DNA of 63,888 bases, counting the filler, from Octopus bimaculoides (taxonomy: Eukaryota), in NCBI RefSeq assembly GCF_001194135.2. It is 7 parts of 7 records of this genome, joined end to end, with 100 filler letters (N's around TTAATTAATTAA, not from the genome) between each part and the next. Parts side by side here need not be neighbours in the genome. Positions count along the whole stretch, not along the records: positions 1 to 19,308 come from NC_068999.1; positions 19,409 to 41,491 come from NC_068990.1; 5 more parts are not named here. One strand, 5' to 3'. Shown here piece after piece: positions 10,685-23,202 of this stretch. The notes beneath the pieces were generated by a model that did not search any database, was not told where the DNA came from, and saw nothing but the letters and a program-made list of their open reading frames with translations. The number at the start of each line of letters is the position of its first letter. Positions within the stretch are counted from its first letter, which is position 1. A program made the position numbers and the translations under genes.

Positions 10685-11453
10685 CAAGGTGTTCGGACTA
10701 AATTTGACAGTTTGCATGAAAGGAAAATGAAACAACATCCCATCCAGAAATGAGAGTATTTCCAAAATCAAAAAAAATATGAGCTAGATTATGGCTGGGA
10801 GATAACAGTTTATTCAAAGTAGCTGCACTCAATTTCCACCACGGCCTTCAAACGGCTCCGAAACATGGCAGATGCATTCCTTACTGTGACCCTGGAATGA
10901 GCTTACAACACCTTGATCTGGGCCATCAGTTCGGCCTTGGTGTTGCAAGCAGAGTGGTTGGTGTCTTTCTCAATTGCGTCACATACAGTAATCCATGAGA
11001 TTACAATCAGGGCAACGAGCCAAGTCCTGCTTCCTCTCATATAGCCTTTCAGCAGCAACCCTCTCTAGCCAGGGATTGGCTACAGTCTCCGGCTGTTTCA
11101 CATTGGCATCTGAATTGAGCTAAGGGTCTTGTTCAAAGATGTGGAGATGAAATCCGGCGTGCGAATACAGTCAGAGTGCCTACTGTGTCCCTTAGTGCTG
11201 GCCACGGCTTTAAGATGTCTGTTGAAGCTGTCCGTGTCACGTGTTATGGCTTTTACAGTGTTCACAGAGCACTAAGCACTATTCATGATGTCGGCTTTTC
11301 CAATATTCAGATGACTTCCAATCCTTCATGTTAGCCATGGTTTTCTCAACTACAGCTTTAATCTTTATGCTCTCCAGCACTACTGACTGTTCACCGATAC
11401 AAGCTTTTCCCGAAGAAAGGAGGCAAAAAGTCAAATTTAGCCAGAACACACTG
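10685..11453 (-). mobile_element. Internally deleted Tc1/mariner (DD37D/maT-like) element with both TIRs
   Basis: Left TIR CAAGGTGTTCGGACTAAATTTGAC is complementary to right GTCAAATTTAGCCAGAACACACTG-TA. Minus-strand pieces NPWLERVAAERLYERKQD, PDCNLMDY, DAIEKDTNHSACNTKAELMAQIK, FRSRLKAVVEIECSYFE*. Confidence 0.8.
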
Positions 11454-11512
11454 TACACTATTACACAAGATGGACTCTGTCATCATCACTGCCACCACCG
11501 CCACCACTCCCC

Positions 11513-11545
<33 letters not shown>

Positions 11546-12212
11546 TATCAAAATCACTATCATCATCATTTAAAATTTTAAAAAACCACGACTGCACTAG
11601 AGAGGCATAGCTGTAAGGAGACAAAGGAGGCAACCCGCTTCGGATGATGCTTTAAGGAGACGTTACTTTTGGGTCTGGGAATCAAACTCACTACCTCATG
11701 ACTGTGAGCTCGACGCTCTAATTACTGAGCAATGCGACTTCACCACTGTTGTTGTTGTTATGTTAGTTATTTTCACTGTTTAGTCAGGGATAGAGACACT
11801 CCAATCACGATCATCTTGTTTTCAAGGCGTTCATGACTGATGAGAAACAGTTAACCTCAAGTCAGAAAACTGGTTTGAATACATGTTTCACGATGAAGTC
11901 CGCTAAATTCGCCTAAGGATCAGGTGTTGTCGATAAATTGGATTGCAGATTAAGCCACCAAATCTTGGACTCAGAATGCAAAGAGACGCAATAAATACTA
12001 CGAGGTACGTCGTTCGACATTCTAAGCCGTCCGTCAGTCTACGGCCCCGGACTACTGGATTAAAGACAAAGTTGATGCGGCAGGATTTGAACTCACAGCC
12101 CCCAGAACCAGAACATATGCTATAGGTCCTTTAGTCCTGCGTACTAACGCTTAGTCCGTTATTGATGTTGTTGCTGTTGTTGCTGCAGTTGCGGTTGCCG
12201 TTGTTGTAATTG

Positions 12213-12321
12213 CTTCGGGTTCAGTTCCGCTGTTCGTCACACTGGGCAAGTGTGTTCTGCTATAGCGCCGGACAAGCCAACGCCTTGTAAGTGAACTTGG
12301 TAGACGGAAACTGGGAAGAAG

Positions 12322-12323
<2 letters not shown>
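12213..12323 (+). mobile_element. SINE family B 5' fragment
   Basis: GGGTTCAGTTCC...CTGGGCAAGTGTGTTCTGCTATAGC...GGTAGACGGAAACTG. Confidence 0.75.
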
Positions 12324-12375
<52 letters not shown>

Positions 12376-12384
12376 GCACAGATA

Positions 12385-12545
12385 AATAGATAGTTGAAAT
12401 TTATAGAAAAAAAAGACGAAGATTGGTGTATGAACAACAAGCAAGTGTATTAGTTTAACGCTCGGGAAAAATGAAAAAGATTTTTACGTTTACAGCCTAC
12501 GCTCTTCAAGTGAAAGTAGTTCGAGGAAATAAACAGAGAGTGAAT
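12385..12545 (-). mobile_element. Short repeat with degenerate minimal HHR (same family as 36734-36900 and 19840-19960)
   Basis: Near-identical GTGTATGAACAACAAGCAAGTGTATTAGTTTAACGCTCGGG block in the 12.4-kb and 36.8-kb copies. Confidence 0.7.
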
Positions 12546-12624
12546 GAAAGAAAAACGTGTTGAGTTCAGCGGTCCAACATGGCGAATTTAGATTGATAGA
12601 TAGATAGAGAAATATGATGTACAT

Positions 12625-13840
12625 ACACACAATGCCAAAATTTGGTACGAGTCCTTCCCCGATTTTCCAGATGTACATCACTGCATATCTTTCCCACTTT
12701 CGTTCTGGGGAGTAGAGTCTTAACTCTTTCAGCCTTTCCTAGTAGCTGAAGCGTTGCATTGAAACGATCTTCTTTGTTCGTTGGATTGCTTCGAGTTCTG
12801 CCGTGAATTTTATACTGTGCTGATCATAGTTGGGAGCAGCAATACAAGCGGCTGAGGACATATGTTCTGCAAAGAACCTTCATAGTTTCCTTTTCTCTCG
12901 TTCTGAAAGTTCGGTGGATCCATCCAGCGAGCGGTTTGCATTTTATTGCCAAATTAGTTATATGTACCTGGAAAGAGGCATCATTCCTCATGTCAATGCC
13001 CTGGTTATTCACTGATTTTCATTCAAGGATTGCAATTCCTCGTGAGCCAGTGTATCCTGTCTGAATATCATTCAGCTTTGTGGTGGTAGCGTAGGGCTTG
13101 TAATTTTCCTGCATTAAACAGCATCTTATTCTCCTCAACTCATTTGTATGTTATGTCCAACTCCCGTTGCAGACGCGCATTATTTCCAAGGTTCTGTATC
13201 GTCTGAAAAATTTGTCTTATCTGCATAGCTAGCAAGGCTGGCAATCTGAACCGCTGAGGACATGTCTGAAAGGGTCATTATGAATAGCAGTGGCCCTAAG
13301 ACAGTGCCCTGTGGAGCGCCACTTGCTATTTATGTTTCCTTTGAGGTGGCTCCATTGGCCACTACTGCCCGACTTCTATCTTTAAGAAAATCGTGTAGCC
13401 ACTCACCAAGTTTTTCGATTATGCTGAGATAATGCAGTTTGTAACATATCATACCATGGTCGACTTTATCGAAGGCTTTTGCAAAGTCGAGATATATCGC
13501 ATCTACACTTGATTGGTCGAGCAGCTGCCCAGTCGTAATGCTGTAAGAGCTGTGTCAGGCAGCTTCTACCTGGTCAAAAACCATGCTGGGTGTCAGTCAG
13601 CAAGTCATTCTCTTCAAGAAACACAATTAGATTCCTGCGGACTATTCAGTCCATGACTATGTTGATGTGTGAGGTCAGAGAGACAGGCCTATAATTTTTA
13701 ACATCTACTCTGTTTTCTTCTTTGTGGATAGGGCATATTATTTCCTTCTTCAATTTACCTGGGAGCTTACCACTTGCTAAGAAGGTCTGAAAAAGAAGCA
13801 AGGGTTCACTTGCATGATTTGAGAAGGATTGCTGAGAATC
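12625..13840 (-). mobile_element. CR1-group LINE reverse transcriptase fragment (pseudogenised)
   Basis: ICPIHK...KNYRPVSLTS, QHGF.PGRSCLTQL, YLDFAKAFDKVDH, SGAPQGTVLGPLLFI, ASYAD, GWIHRTFRTR, YIWKIGEGLVPNFGI. Confidence 0.85.
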
Positions 13841-13976
13841 TATGATATGTCTGTATATATATATATATATATATGTGTGNNNNNNNNNNNNNNNNNNNNN
13901 NNNNNNNNNNNNNNNNNNNNNNNNNNNNNNNNNNNNNNNNNNNNNNNNNNNNNNNNNNNNNNNNNNNNNNNNNNNN

Positions 13977-14011
<35 letters not shown>

Positions 14012-14627
14012 TCCACATATACTGATAGGTACGTATGTATCTATGTATATGTGTGTGTGTGTGTGAGTGTGTGTGTGTATGTATGTATGTATCTGTGTAC
14101 ATGTTTGTGCGTGTGTGTGTGTAGAACCTACAGTTTAAAGCTTACAATGAAAGAATTACCATACAGCGCTTACAGTAGGTTTTCCACCATATAATTTAGT
14201 GTATCAGCTTCATAGTATGGAGTGGAGAGCACAATATAGGACTTGATGTGCGAGTTATAAGATTTAACACTATAGTGATTAAACTTTACCGTTTACAATA
14301 TATGATTTACAGTGTAGTTATCTATAGGCTATTTATTCACCCAGTTAGGCAATAGGGAACAACACCGTGCAATGTCCCCCTCGAGCTGATGAAAAACCTC
14401 CAGTAGAATCGAACTGAAATAGTACGTCTGAGATGAATAGCACAGCCACTCGACCGTTTCAACTCATATATAGATTAAAGACAGTAATGTAATGGTAGCA
14501 GCAGTAATAGTAGTTGGAGGACAAGGAGGAGGAGGAGGAGGAGTGGTAGGGGTGGTGAATAATAAAGAGTAGGAGGAGAAGTATCACTGACAGTATATAG
14601 TTAGTACGAAATATACGGAGCCAGTCG

Positions 14628-14661
<34 letters not shown>

Positions 14662-14789
14662 CATACATACGTACATACATACATACATACATATTCAAAA
14701 TTACCATTCCTGAATTAGTTATTTATACATTCAAAATCAGAGACTCTTTCACTGTTTCCATAACACACTGACGTGTCCCATCATGCTAT

Positions 14790-15240
14790 TGTTGCTTTGA
14801 TGATGATGATGATGGTGACGACGACGACGAGAAGGAGGAGAAGGACAAGAAGGATGAGGAGGGGGAAAGGTTGAAAGGGAGGAGGGTAGATATAGTAGTA
14901 ATCATATTGATGATGATGAGGATGATGATAATGATGACGTCGACGACAGTGATGATGATGATGATGCTGATGATCATGATGATGAGAACGACGACATCGA
15001 CGAGGAGGAGGTGGAGGAGGAGGGAGAAGAGGGAGAAGTGAAGAACCGGTAGGAGGAGGAAGAGAAGAGCCGGGTGGAGGTGAAGGAGGAGGAAGAAAAA
15101 GAGGATGAAGGGTAGGAGGGAAAAGATGGCAGTAAACATTGGCGATGCAAGCGTTGATGTTGATGATAATGATGCTGCTGCTGCTGCTGCTACTGGTGAT
15201 GATGATTATGACGATGATGATGGTGATGATGATGATGATG
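14790..15240. repeat. Compound trinucleotide low-complexity tract (GAT/GAC/GAG/GCT)
   Basis: Direct reading. Confidence 0.85.
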
Positions 15241-15357
15241 GCATCGTCACCTTTTGTTATTTACATTTAGAATTTGCTCACGTCATTACAATGAACAATA
15301 ATATCACAGAGAATCCTTTCATCCCAAACACATCACAGTCCAGTTTATATATGTGTG

Positions 15358-15388
<31 letters not shown>

Positions 15389-15720
15389 NNNNNNNNNNNN
15401 NNNNNNNNNNNNNNNNNNNNNNNNNNNNNNNNNNNNNNNNNNNNNNNNNNNNNNNNNNNNNNNNNNNNNNNNNNNNNNNNNNNNNNNNNNNNNNNNNNNN
15501 NNNNNNNNNNNNNNNNNNNNNNNNNNNNNNNNNNNNNNNNNNNNNNNNNNNNNNNNNNNNNNNNNNNNNNNNNNNNNNNNNNNNNNNNNNNNNNNNNNNN
15601 NNNNNNNNNNNNNNNNNNNNNNNNNNNNNNNNNNNNNNNNNNNNNNNNNNNNNNNNNNNNNNNNNNNNNNNNNNNNNNNNNNACCACCACCACCACCACC
15701 ACCACCACCACCACTAACAT

Positions 15721-15755
<35 letters not shown>

Positions 15756-15944
15756 TTACTACTACTACTACTACTACTACTGGAAACAGTTTCTGTATTA
15801 GTAGACTGATCACTGTTTCTGTTTAATCGAATTCATATCAATATGTCGTCTATTTTAGTTAGCGGAATTGATTGGCTTTTATTGATTCGATATAGGTGAG
15901 TGCACATTTTATGTACGTGTATACGCACATAAATACAAGTATGC

Positions 15945-16005
<61 letters not shown>

Positions 16006-16129
16006 CGTGTACAACAATGTATGTTTGTATGCATGTATTTTCTATTTTTAATTATTCGAAATCTTCCTGTTGGGAAAGGAGCAGTTTTCTAGCAAAGATA
16101 CGAAGCTCCGTTGTTGGAAAGTAGAAAAC

Positions 16130-16530
16130 AGAGACAAGTTTAAAATGAGAACATTTTGAACATGAGAAAAGTCTTGCAGGTCTTCATTGTTTCGCCTCCA
16201 GATTGTATTTACAACGTGGATAATAGCTGATTGATTTCGATTTCCAAAAACCCCAGCTTTCCAGATTGTCACGTAGGCATTTACTCATAAAACAAAATCC
16301 ATTTATTGGTATAAATGGGAATTTATAATCTGGGTATAGAAGCTGAAGCAATCAGTAGTCATCTTGTTTCTCTTTGGTTTTCAAAATGATAGTCACATTA
16401 GCAGGGCAAGTGGCCTCTATGACACTACATATTCTAACTTGTCTGTCCCAGACAACAATATCTGTCCTCTTATGCTTGCACTTGGTAGAGTTGAAGGTTC
16501 ACTTTTTATGCATTCAATAACAGGGGGGCT
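16130..16530 (-). mobile_element. RLE-clade non-LTR retrotransposon 3' fragment, distinct from the Dong-like copies
   Basis: Minus strand CKHKRTDIVVWDRQVRICSVIEATCPANV...KTKEKQDDY then LLYPDYKFPFIPI (PD-(D/E)xK endonuclease). Confidence 0.75.
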
Positions 16531-16629
16531 CTTTATATTTATTATCCTTTCTTTTTTTCTTTCGGATGTCAAGGTATATTGTTTTCGTGACAACATTGTG
16601 TTGCGTTCGAAGTAGTACCTTCATGATAA

Positions 16630-16835
16630 TCAATGCGTTTGAAATGTGGGTGTAGAGGAGAATGTTACAAGTCTCTTACAAGGATCATCAGAGAAATGAA
16701 TGGGTGTTACAAGGAGGTGAAAGACAACAACTCCTGAACATTGTCAAAAAACAAAAGCTCATTTATTAAGGCCATATTTGAAGAAGCGGCGGTTTGGGAA
16801 ACATTATCATGGAAGGAAGAATAGAGGGTTGCAGA
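16630..16835 (+). mobile_element. RTE-clade LINE RT C-terminal fragment
   Basis: NAFEMWV*RRMLQVSYKDHQRNEWVL...LLNIVKKQKL...GHI...IIMEGRIEG. Confidence 0.8.
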
Positions 16836-17414
16836 TCAAGATCGGTAGTAAAGCATTGGTGTGTATGTATGTATGTACGTATGTATGTACGTTCTATTTC
16901 TCTTTTTAATTTTAGAGTAAATTCTAACCAGTCACCGACTTGGTAGCAAGGTTGTGAAGAGAAGTATTTTGTTTTACCATCATCCAATAAAACTTCAGGT
17001 CTTGCATATTTTTATAGTCCCAAATATCACGATCATTTGTAGTATATGTTTGTGTGTGTATGTATGCATGTATGTATGCATTCATGCATGTATGTTCCCT
17101 TTTTTAATTATTTGAATTCTTCCTACAAGGAGGGAGCTGGTTTGCAACAAAGAAATAAAGACCCATTCCCGGAATTTAGGATAACAACTACAATAACTGT
17201 TAAGTATCGATCCTTAGAAAAGTATTTTATCATTCCGATTACAGAATATATTTGTAAGGTGTATCTTAGTTATCTTTCATCCTTTGTCTTTGAATTGCTT
17301 CAGTCAATGGACTGTGGCATGCCAGGGTACCACCTCGAAGGGTTTAGCCGAGCAAATCGACCCCAGTATTTATTTCTAAATCTGGTTCTTATTTCATTGG
17401 TCTCTTTAACCAGA

Positions 17415-18400
17415 TATCTCAGACATGACGTCAGTTATGCAGTCAACTACACTCACTAGCAATGCTGACGACACAAAGGTATCGCAAATAGTCAAGAATC
17501 TTCTCGATGCCAATCTTCTACAGAAAAAGCCAGACGATATATAAATAGGCTGAAGAAAATATGATGCAATATAAAGCAGGAAAATTCCAGATCAGTTATC
17601 TTCTACTATCACATTGCCACAAAGAAACTTTGGATAAAAAGAAGCGGCAATCCAAGAGTCAAACTCAGTGCGTAACTTGAGGATCGATATGAGCAGCGAT
17701 GATGCATCGTTTCATATACATATTACTAAGATGCTGGCAATGTGCAGAGGATGGATTCGGAAAACTTTCGGAACACTGGACCAGGAAATTATGCCTGTTA
17801 CTATGGAGGATATATGTTCACAGCCGTCTGGATTACTGCTCATAACTATGGCCAGTCACATGGTCAATTTAATGACGGAAGTCGTTGCAGTTCATTGGTG
17901 CTACAGACGGCATCAATGAAACACTTCAACTATTGGAAGAAACTAAAAGCATTACGATTCTACTCTCTGGAGAGAAGACAGAAGAGATATGTAGGTGATA
18001 TACACATGGCAGATCCTAGAGGGGCTAGTACCAAACTTTATCAACGAGAATTATACCAGCCTCCGAACAGGACACGTCTGCACTGTTCCAAAGACCCCTC
18101 CCATACCGTCCAGTATAATATTCAGGTACTGCTATAGCTTGTGATTCAAAGGCTCACAGCTATTTCAGATCTGAAAGATTTAGATGGCGTGGGGATAGAT
18201 CTTCTCAAGAAGGACATTGACTTTCTGTTATCCAAGATCCCAGATGAACCGATATCATGTTAAGAAACTCAGTGGGAAAGCAATATCAAATTCCCTTAGT
18301 CATCGAAAGCCAATCATATAGGAATGACCATTGAAAAGGTGATGATATTGGTGGTGCCCCAGCATAACTACAACTTTTAGGTCAAAAGGCATAAGAAACA
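17415..18400 (+). mobile_element. CR1-group LINE 3' fragment (same family as 12625-13840)
   Basis: TLTSNADDTKVSQ, SDDASFHIHITKM...GWIRKTF, NYWKKLKALRFYSLERRQKRY. Confidence 0.8.
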
Positions 18401-18401
18401 G

Positions 18402-18432
<31 letters not shown>

Positions 18433-18715
18433 TGCTGTTTCAGATGTGCTCATTATGGATGAACAAAAGTGTTACATCATGCTAAAAGATAAAAAAAGTT
18501 TTCTTCGAGTAAATACAGAGAAGATTTATCAAGTAGAAATTCTCACTAAATAGAACATAGTGTAAAACGACACAACAAACTTGATTAGGGCAGGTAGAGT
18601 GCGTAGCGGAAGTTTATATCAATGCTTCCGCTATTCACTGTCCTAGTCGTGTGGGGTGTGTGTGTGTGCCTGTCAGTGGGCATGTATAAATATTTTCATC
18701 TATTTTGCCCAGTAT

Positions 18716-18772
18716 GTTTTACTGATGAAGGAAGAGTTATCAAACTTATCCAGAAATTGATCAATCTAGAAC
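18716..18772 (+). ncRNA. Type I hammerhead motif, intact core, extended stem II
   Basis: GTTTTA/TAGAAC stem I; CTGATGA; A-GGA..(AGTT-ATCA-AACT)..TCC-A; GAAA; palindromic stem III TT-GATC-AA; ATC triplet. Stem II closing pair is an A.A mismatch. Confidence 0.7.
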
Positions 18773-19352
18773 TATCTGAATTACTTTATGAATCTTTGGT
18801 CGGTCCACTTTTCCCGCTTTCAACCGGTGTATATTGAAGTTAAACTTATAGTGGTTGGATGTATTTGGCGTCACTTTCTAGCATTTGTATTCTATACAAT
18901 TATATATCTCTATATATGAATTTTACCTAAAAGATTATTTTTATATGCTGACCACTGATAAAATTCATTGATTTTAATTATTTTATCCTTTAATTATGTT
19001 AAGTTATATATATATATAATTAATCAAAGGACATTCTAAGTATGTCTACCTGCTTGAAATAACAGTCAAAACTCATTATTAAATCGCCAAAAATACACTG
19101 GTGTTAACTACAGAAATCAAACGAAGGAAAATTTGGTTAAGACAATCTACTTACGTATATTTAAGTATTTGGATTTACGTGGACTAGTTTCTGCATTGAC
19201 AAAATAAGCCTTAGTTTCATTGGATAATAATAGAATTAACGATCTCTTTGTAAATTAATTAATTATATATATATATAATTAATCAAAGGACATTCTAAGT
19301 ATGTCTACNNNNNNNNNNNNNNNNNNNNNNNNNNNNNNNNNNNNNNNNNNNN

Positions 19353-19364
19353 TTAATTAATTAA
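19353..19364. other. Assembly gap marker TTAATTAATTAA (also at 41536, 47932, 52364, 59261, 61581)
   Basis: Identical 12-mer (stops in all six frames) flanked each time by 44 N on both sides, giving 100-bp joins. Confidence 0.9.
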
Positions 19365-19442
19365 NNNNNNNNNNNNNNNNNNNNNNNNNNNNNNNNNNNN
19401 NNNNNNNNTGCATGTGTGTCTGTGTTTCTCTCTCTCTCTCAC

Positions 19443-19512
<70 letters not shown>

Positions 19513-20525
19513 ACATCATAAGAATTTATGAATTTCAAAACATCGTGAAGTGATTCTATTTATACACTATTACTTATAGCTTTGTCTGCTTCTAGTTTCA
19601 CCTTTCCAAAAACCATACACAAATACGCACAACAAATATAATGAAAGTGAGGTAAGAGAAATAGCTACGAGCGTTACCCCAGCACCTTATGCGTGCTTCT
19701 AGAAACAGATAAACTCTTACATTTGCATCATCGACACACTCAGACCTTCCTCTCTTCTTTCTCCCACCCATAGAACAGCATTTTAACCTGCCTTTTTTTC
19801 TGTTTCTCTTTCTCACATCATCCATATTCTTTTTCTTTCTTATGATGAAGAGCTAACGCCCGAAGTATTATGACACTTTATGTTTCCTTTAAAGCGTTAA
19901 GTTTTTACCTTTTTGTCAGACTATGTTCCTCATATGTTGTCCTTTTTTATCATTCATTATTTTTACACCATATATTAAAAAAAAAACAAGATAAACTCTT
20001 GATTTACTAAAATTGTCTCCACTTCCAGAGGGGGGAGGCCAATCGCTTAGTACCCGCTCCAAATGAGAACGGTAAAGAATCTCAAAACTCAAGAATCCTC
20101 AAAATTCATGTGCCATTAAGGAAAAATATATTTATTATTATTTTTTTTTTTGCCTGGGGATAACAAGAGAGCCATGATCCCATATTTCCACCTCAATAGG
20201 CGTCATTAGCACGACAATTATTTAATTTCATCTCTAGAAACCAAGGGACTTAGACTTATACAAAAAGAACAGAACACATTTATGGCCGAGGTACCTTCCA
20301 TAATTCAAGCAAATTAAGCTTGATATATTACGCACACACACACGCACACATACACATATACACACACCTAATTCATGCCACCGTCCAACCTATGGCAGCA
20401 TAGTAAATGGTTGTTAATTGACAACTGCGACGATGATGATGATAGATATATATATATACATATATGTAATATATATTAATATATACGAGTATGTACCTAT
20501 ATGCACATATATACATGTACACACG

Positions 20526-20627
<102 letters not shown>

Positions 20628-20830
20628 AAGAATCACAAGTACCACAACATCTCACTTTAACTTAATCTCGTACACGCATGATTTCTCTTCACGGAAACTT
20701 TTGGCATACGTGTGCAGCCCTTTTCATCCTTTATCAAGCAGAATTATTATGATGAAAGACATTCTAACCGTGGCTACCCGCTTTTCAAATATTTATTTCA
20801 CAATTAGTATTATATAGACTTACACTACAT

Positions 20831-21208
20831 AGGCGCAGGAGTGGCTGTGTGGTAAGTAGCTTGCTTACCAACCACATGGTTCCGGGTTCAGTTCCACTGC
20901 GTGGCACCTTGGGTAAGTGTCTTCTACTATAGCCTTGGGCCGACCAAAGCCTTGTGAGTGGATTTGGTAGACGGAAACTGAAAGAAGCCCGTCGTATATA
21001 TGTATATATATATATATATGTGTGTTTGTGTGTCTGTGTTTGTCCCCCCAACATCGCTTGACAACCGATGGTAGTGTGTTTACGTCCCCGTAACGATAGA
21101 ATAAGTACTAGGCTTACAACGAATAAGTCCTGGGGTCGATTTGCTCGACTAAAGGCGGTGCTCCAGCATGGCCGCAGTTAAATGACTGAAACAAGTAAAA
21201 GAGTAAAA
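20831..21208 (+). mobile_element. SINE family B (CORE-type, OR2-like), full length
   Basis: tRNA-like head AGGCGCAGGAGTGGCTGTGTGGTAAG...GGGTTCAGTTCC, CORE-like ACCTTGGGTAAGTG, central TA/TG microsatellite, 3' module ending GTAAAAGAGTAAAAG. Confidence 0.9.
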
Positions 21209-22168
21209 GCGTGAAGAGTAATAACATCCACTATGAGGAGACTCCGGATTGATCTGAGAGAGATTTGGCTGCTATTTCTATTCGGCCAATCGACCATGCA
21301 GATCACCTTCCCGGGCTTCTAATACTGGCTGGTAACATTGCAAGTGTCCTTGATTTTTGCTGCTCCATCCTAAAGCTTTTCTCTCATCAAAGAAAAAAAA
21401 GCTGTTTTGATGCTAGGCTAGCATATTTGCATTTTTTTAAACCATCGGCTCAGCAATTTGTTATGGTGACTTTGGATTACTGCGTAATGGAAGCAACGAC
21501 CGGCCCACGAGGGCGATAATCTGTAATAACTGTTAAGCTTAATCGGCCATCATCTAAGAAAGATGCCGAAAAGTAATTGACAAGTAATGAAATCCGGATG
21601 GTTTCTAATGTTAAGTAGATTAGTGTTCGATGTGTGTGTGTGAGGTGTGCGTTCGTGTGTGTGTGTGTGTGTGGATCTGTGTGTGTGTGTGTGAGAGTGC
21701 GTGTGTGTGTGAGTGCGTGTGTGCATGTGTGTATGTATGTGTGTGGATGTGGTAAGTATAGATGTGATTGTGTGTAGATAGTGTATATATGTATTATGGT
21801 GCGTGTGTGTATATATAAACGGGTATATATATATATATATATATATATACATACACACATACACCTATACATGTATGTAAATATCAACTATATATATATA
21901 TATATATATATATACATGAATCTATACATACACACATATATTTTATATATATTATACATATATAGTGAGAAAGTGAGAGAAAGAGAGAAAGAGAGAGAAA
22001 AGGAAAGAGAGAAAGAGAGAAAGGTAGATGGATAGATACACATGTTCACATATGTAAACACACATAAATATGCACATCCACTCATACACAAATATATGGT
22101 CGTATCTGTGCATATATAGACACACATACGTATAATATATACACGTATACATATATGTATGTGTGTGT

Positions 22169-22200
<32 letters not shown>

Positions 22201-22398
22201 GCAACTTTGTATGTGCATTTATAGGAACATACGCCAGTGTGTATATATCTACAAATATATACATATAATAAATGAATTTTCTGAATACACACGCGCACCA
22301 CCCCCACGCACACACACGCACGGACACACGCACACACGCACACACATACATGTGTCTGTGTGTGTCTTCCTTTTCCAAATCTATAAATATTTTTTTTA

Positions 22399-22689
22399 TT
22401 CTTTTACTTGTTTCAGTCATCTGACTGCAGCCATGCTGGAGCACCGCCTTTAGTCGAACAAATCGATCTCAGGACTTATTCTATCGGTCTCTTTGCCGAA
22501 CTGCTAAGTTACGGAGACGTAAACACACCAACGTTAGACATCAGTAGTCAAGCGATGGCGGAGGGACAAACACAGGCACACAAANNNNNNNNNNNNNNNN
22601 NNNNNNNNNNNNNNNNNNNNNNNNNNNNNNNNNNNNNNNNNNNNNNNNNNNNNNNNNNNNNNNNNNNNNNNNNNNNNNNNNNNNNNNNN

Positions 22690-22727
<38 letters not shown>

Positions 22728-23066
22728 GTATATATATATATGTATAAAGAGAGAATAAGATAAAGAGACCAATGGCAAAGTTAGAAATATATATTTTATG
22801 GATAAAGTCTTACAGCTGTTTCAGGGAAAATCCAATGTATCGCTTCATCGGAGACAGAAATAGTAGAGGAATGGATTATTACATCTATAAGAGGAGAGTT
22901 GTAGTAAGAAGTGAGAGCGATATATATACGCAGGGCTTCTTTCAGTTTTCCGTCTACCAAATCCACTCACAAGGCTTTGGTCGGCCCGAGGCTATAGTAG
23001 AAGACACTTGTCCAAGGTGCCACGCAGTGGGATTAAAACCCGAAGCAAACTTCTCATCTCACAGCC
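22399..23066 (-). mobile_element. SINE family B split at its central microsatellite by a gap and a ~180-bp HHR-bearing insert
   Basis: 3' half 22399-22584 and 5' half 22931-23066, same strand. Confidence 0.7.
22807..22855 (-). ncRNA. Type I hammerhead motif, one core change (U4C)
   Basis: Minus strand GTCT-CCGATGA-AGCGA..TCCCT-GAAAC-AGCT-GTA-AGAC. Confidence 0.7.
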
Positions 23067-23160
23067 AGTATGTGTGTGTGTGTGTGTGTGTGTGTTTAGT
23101 TAGATAAATAAACTCGGAGTTAAATGGATGGCAGAACGGATATACAAACAGAGAGTGAGG

Positions 23161-23202
<42 letters not shown>

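Noticed and set aside
11834-11850. CTGATGAGAAAC as a hammerhead
   Set aside because: No stem II between the core halves and no cleavage triplet or stem I.
19353-19364. Recurrent palindrome TTAATTAATTAA as a biological motif
   Set aside because: Always centred in 44N+44N; an assembly linker. Adjacency across these joins is uncertain.
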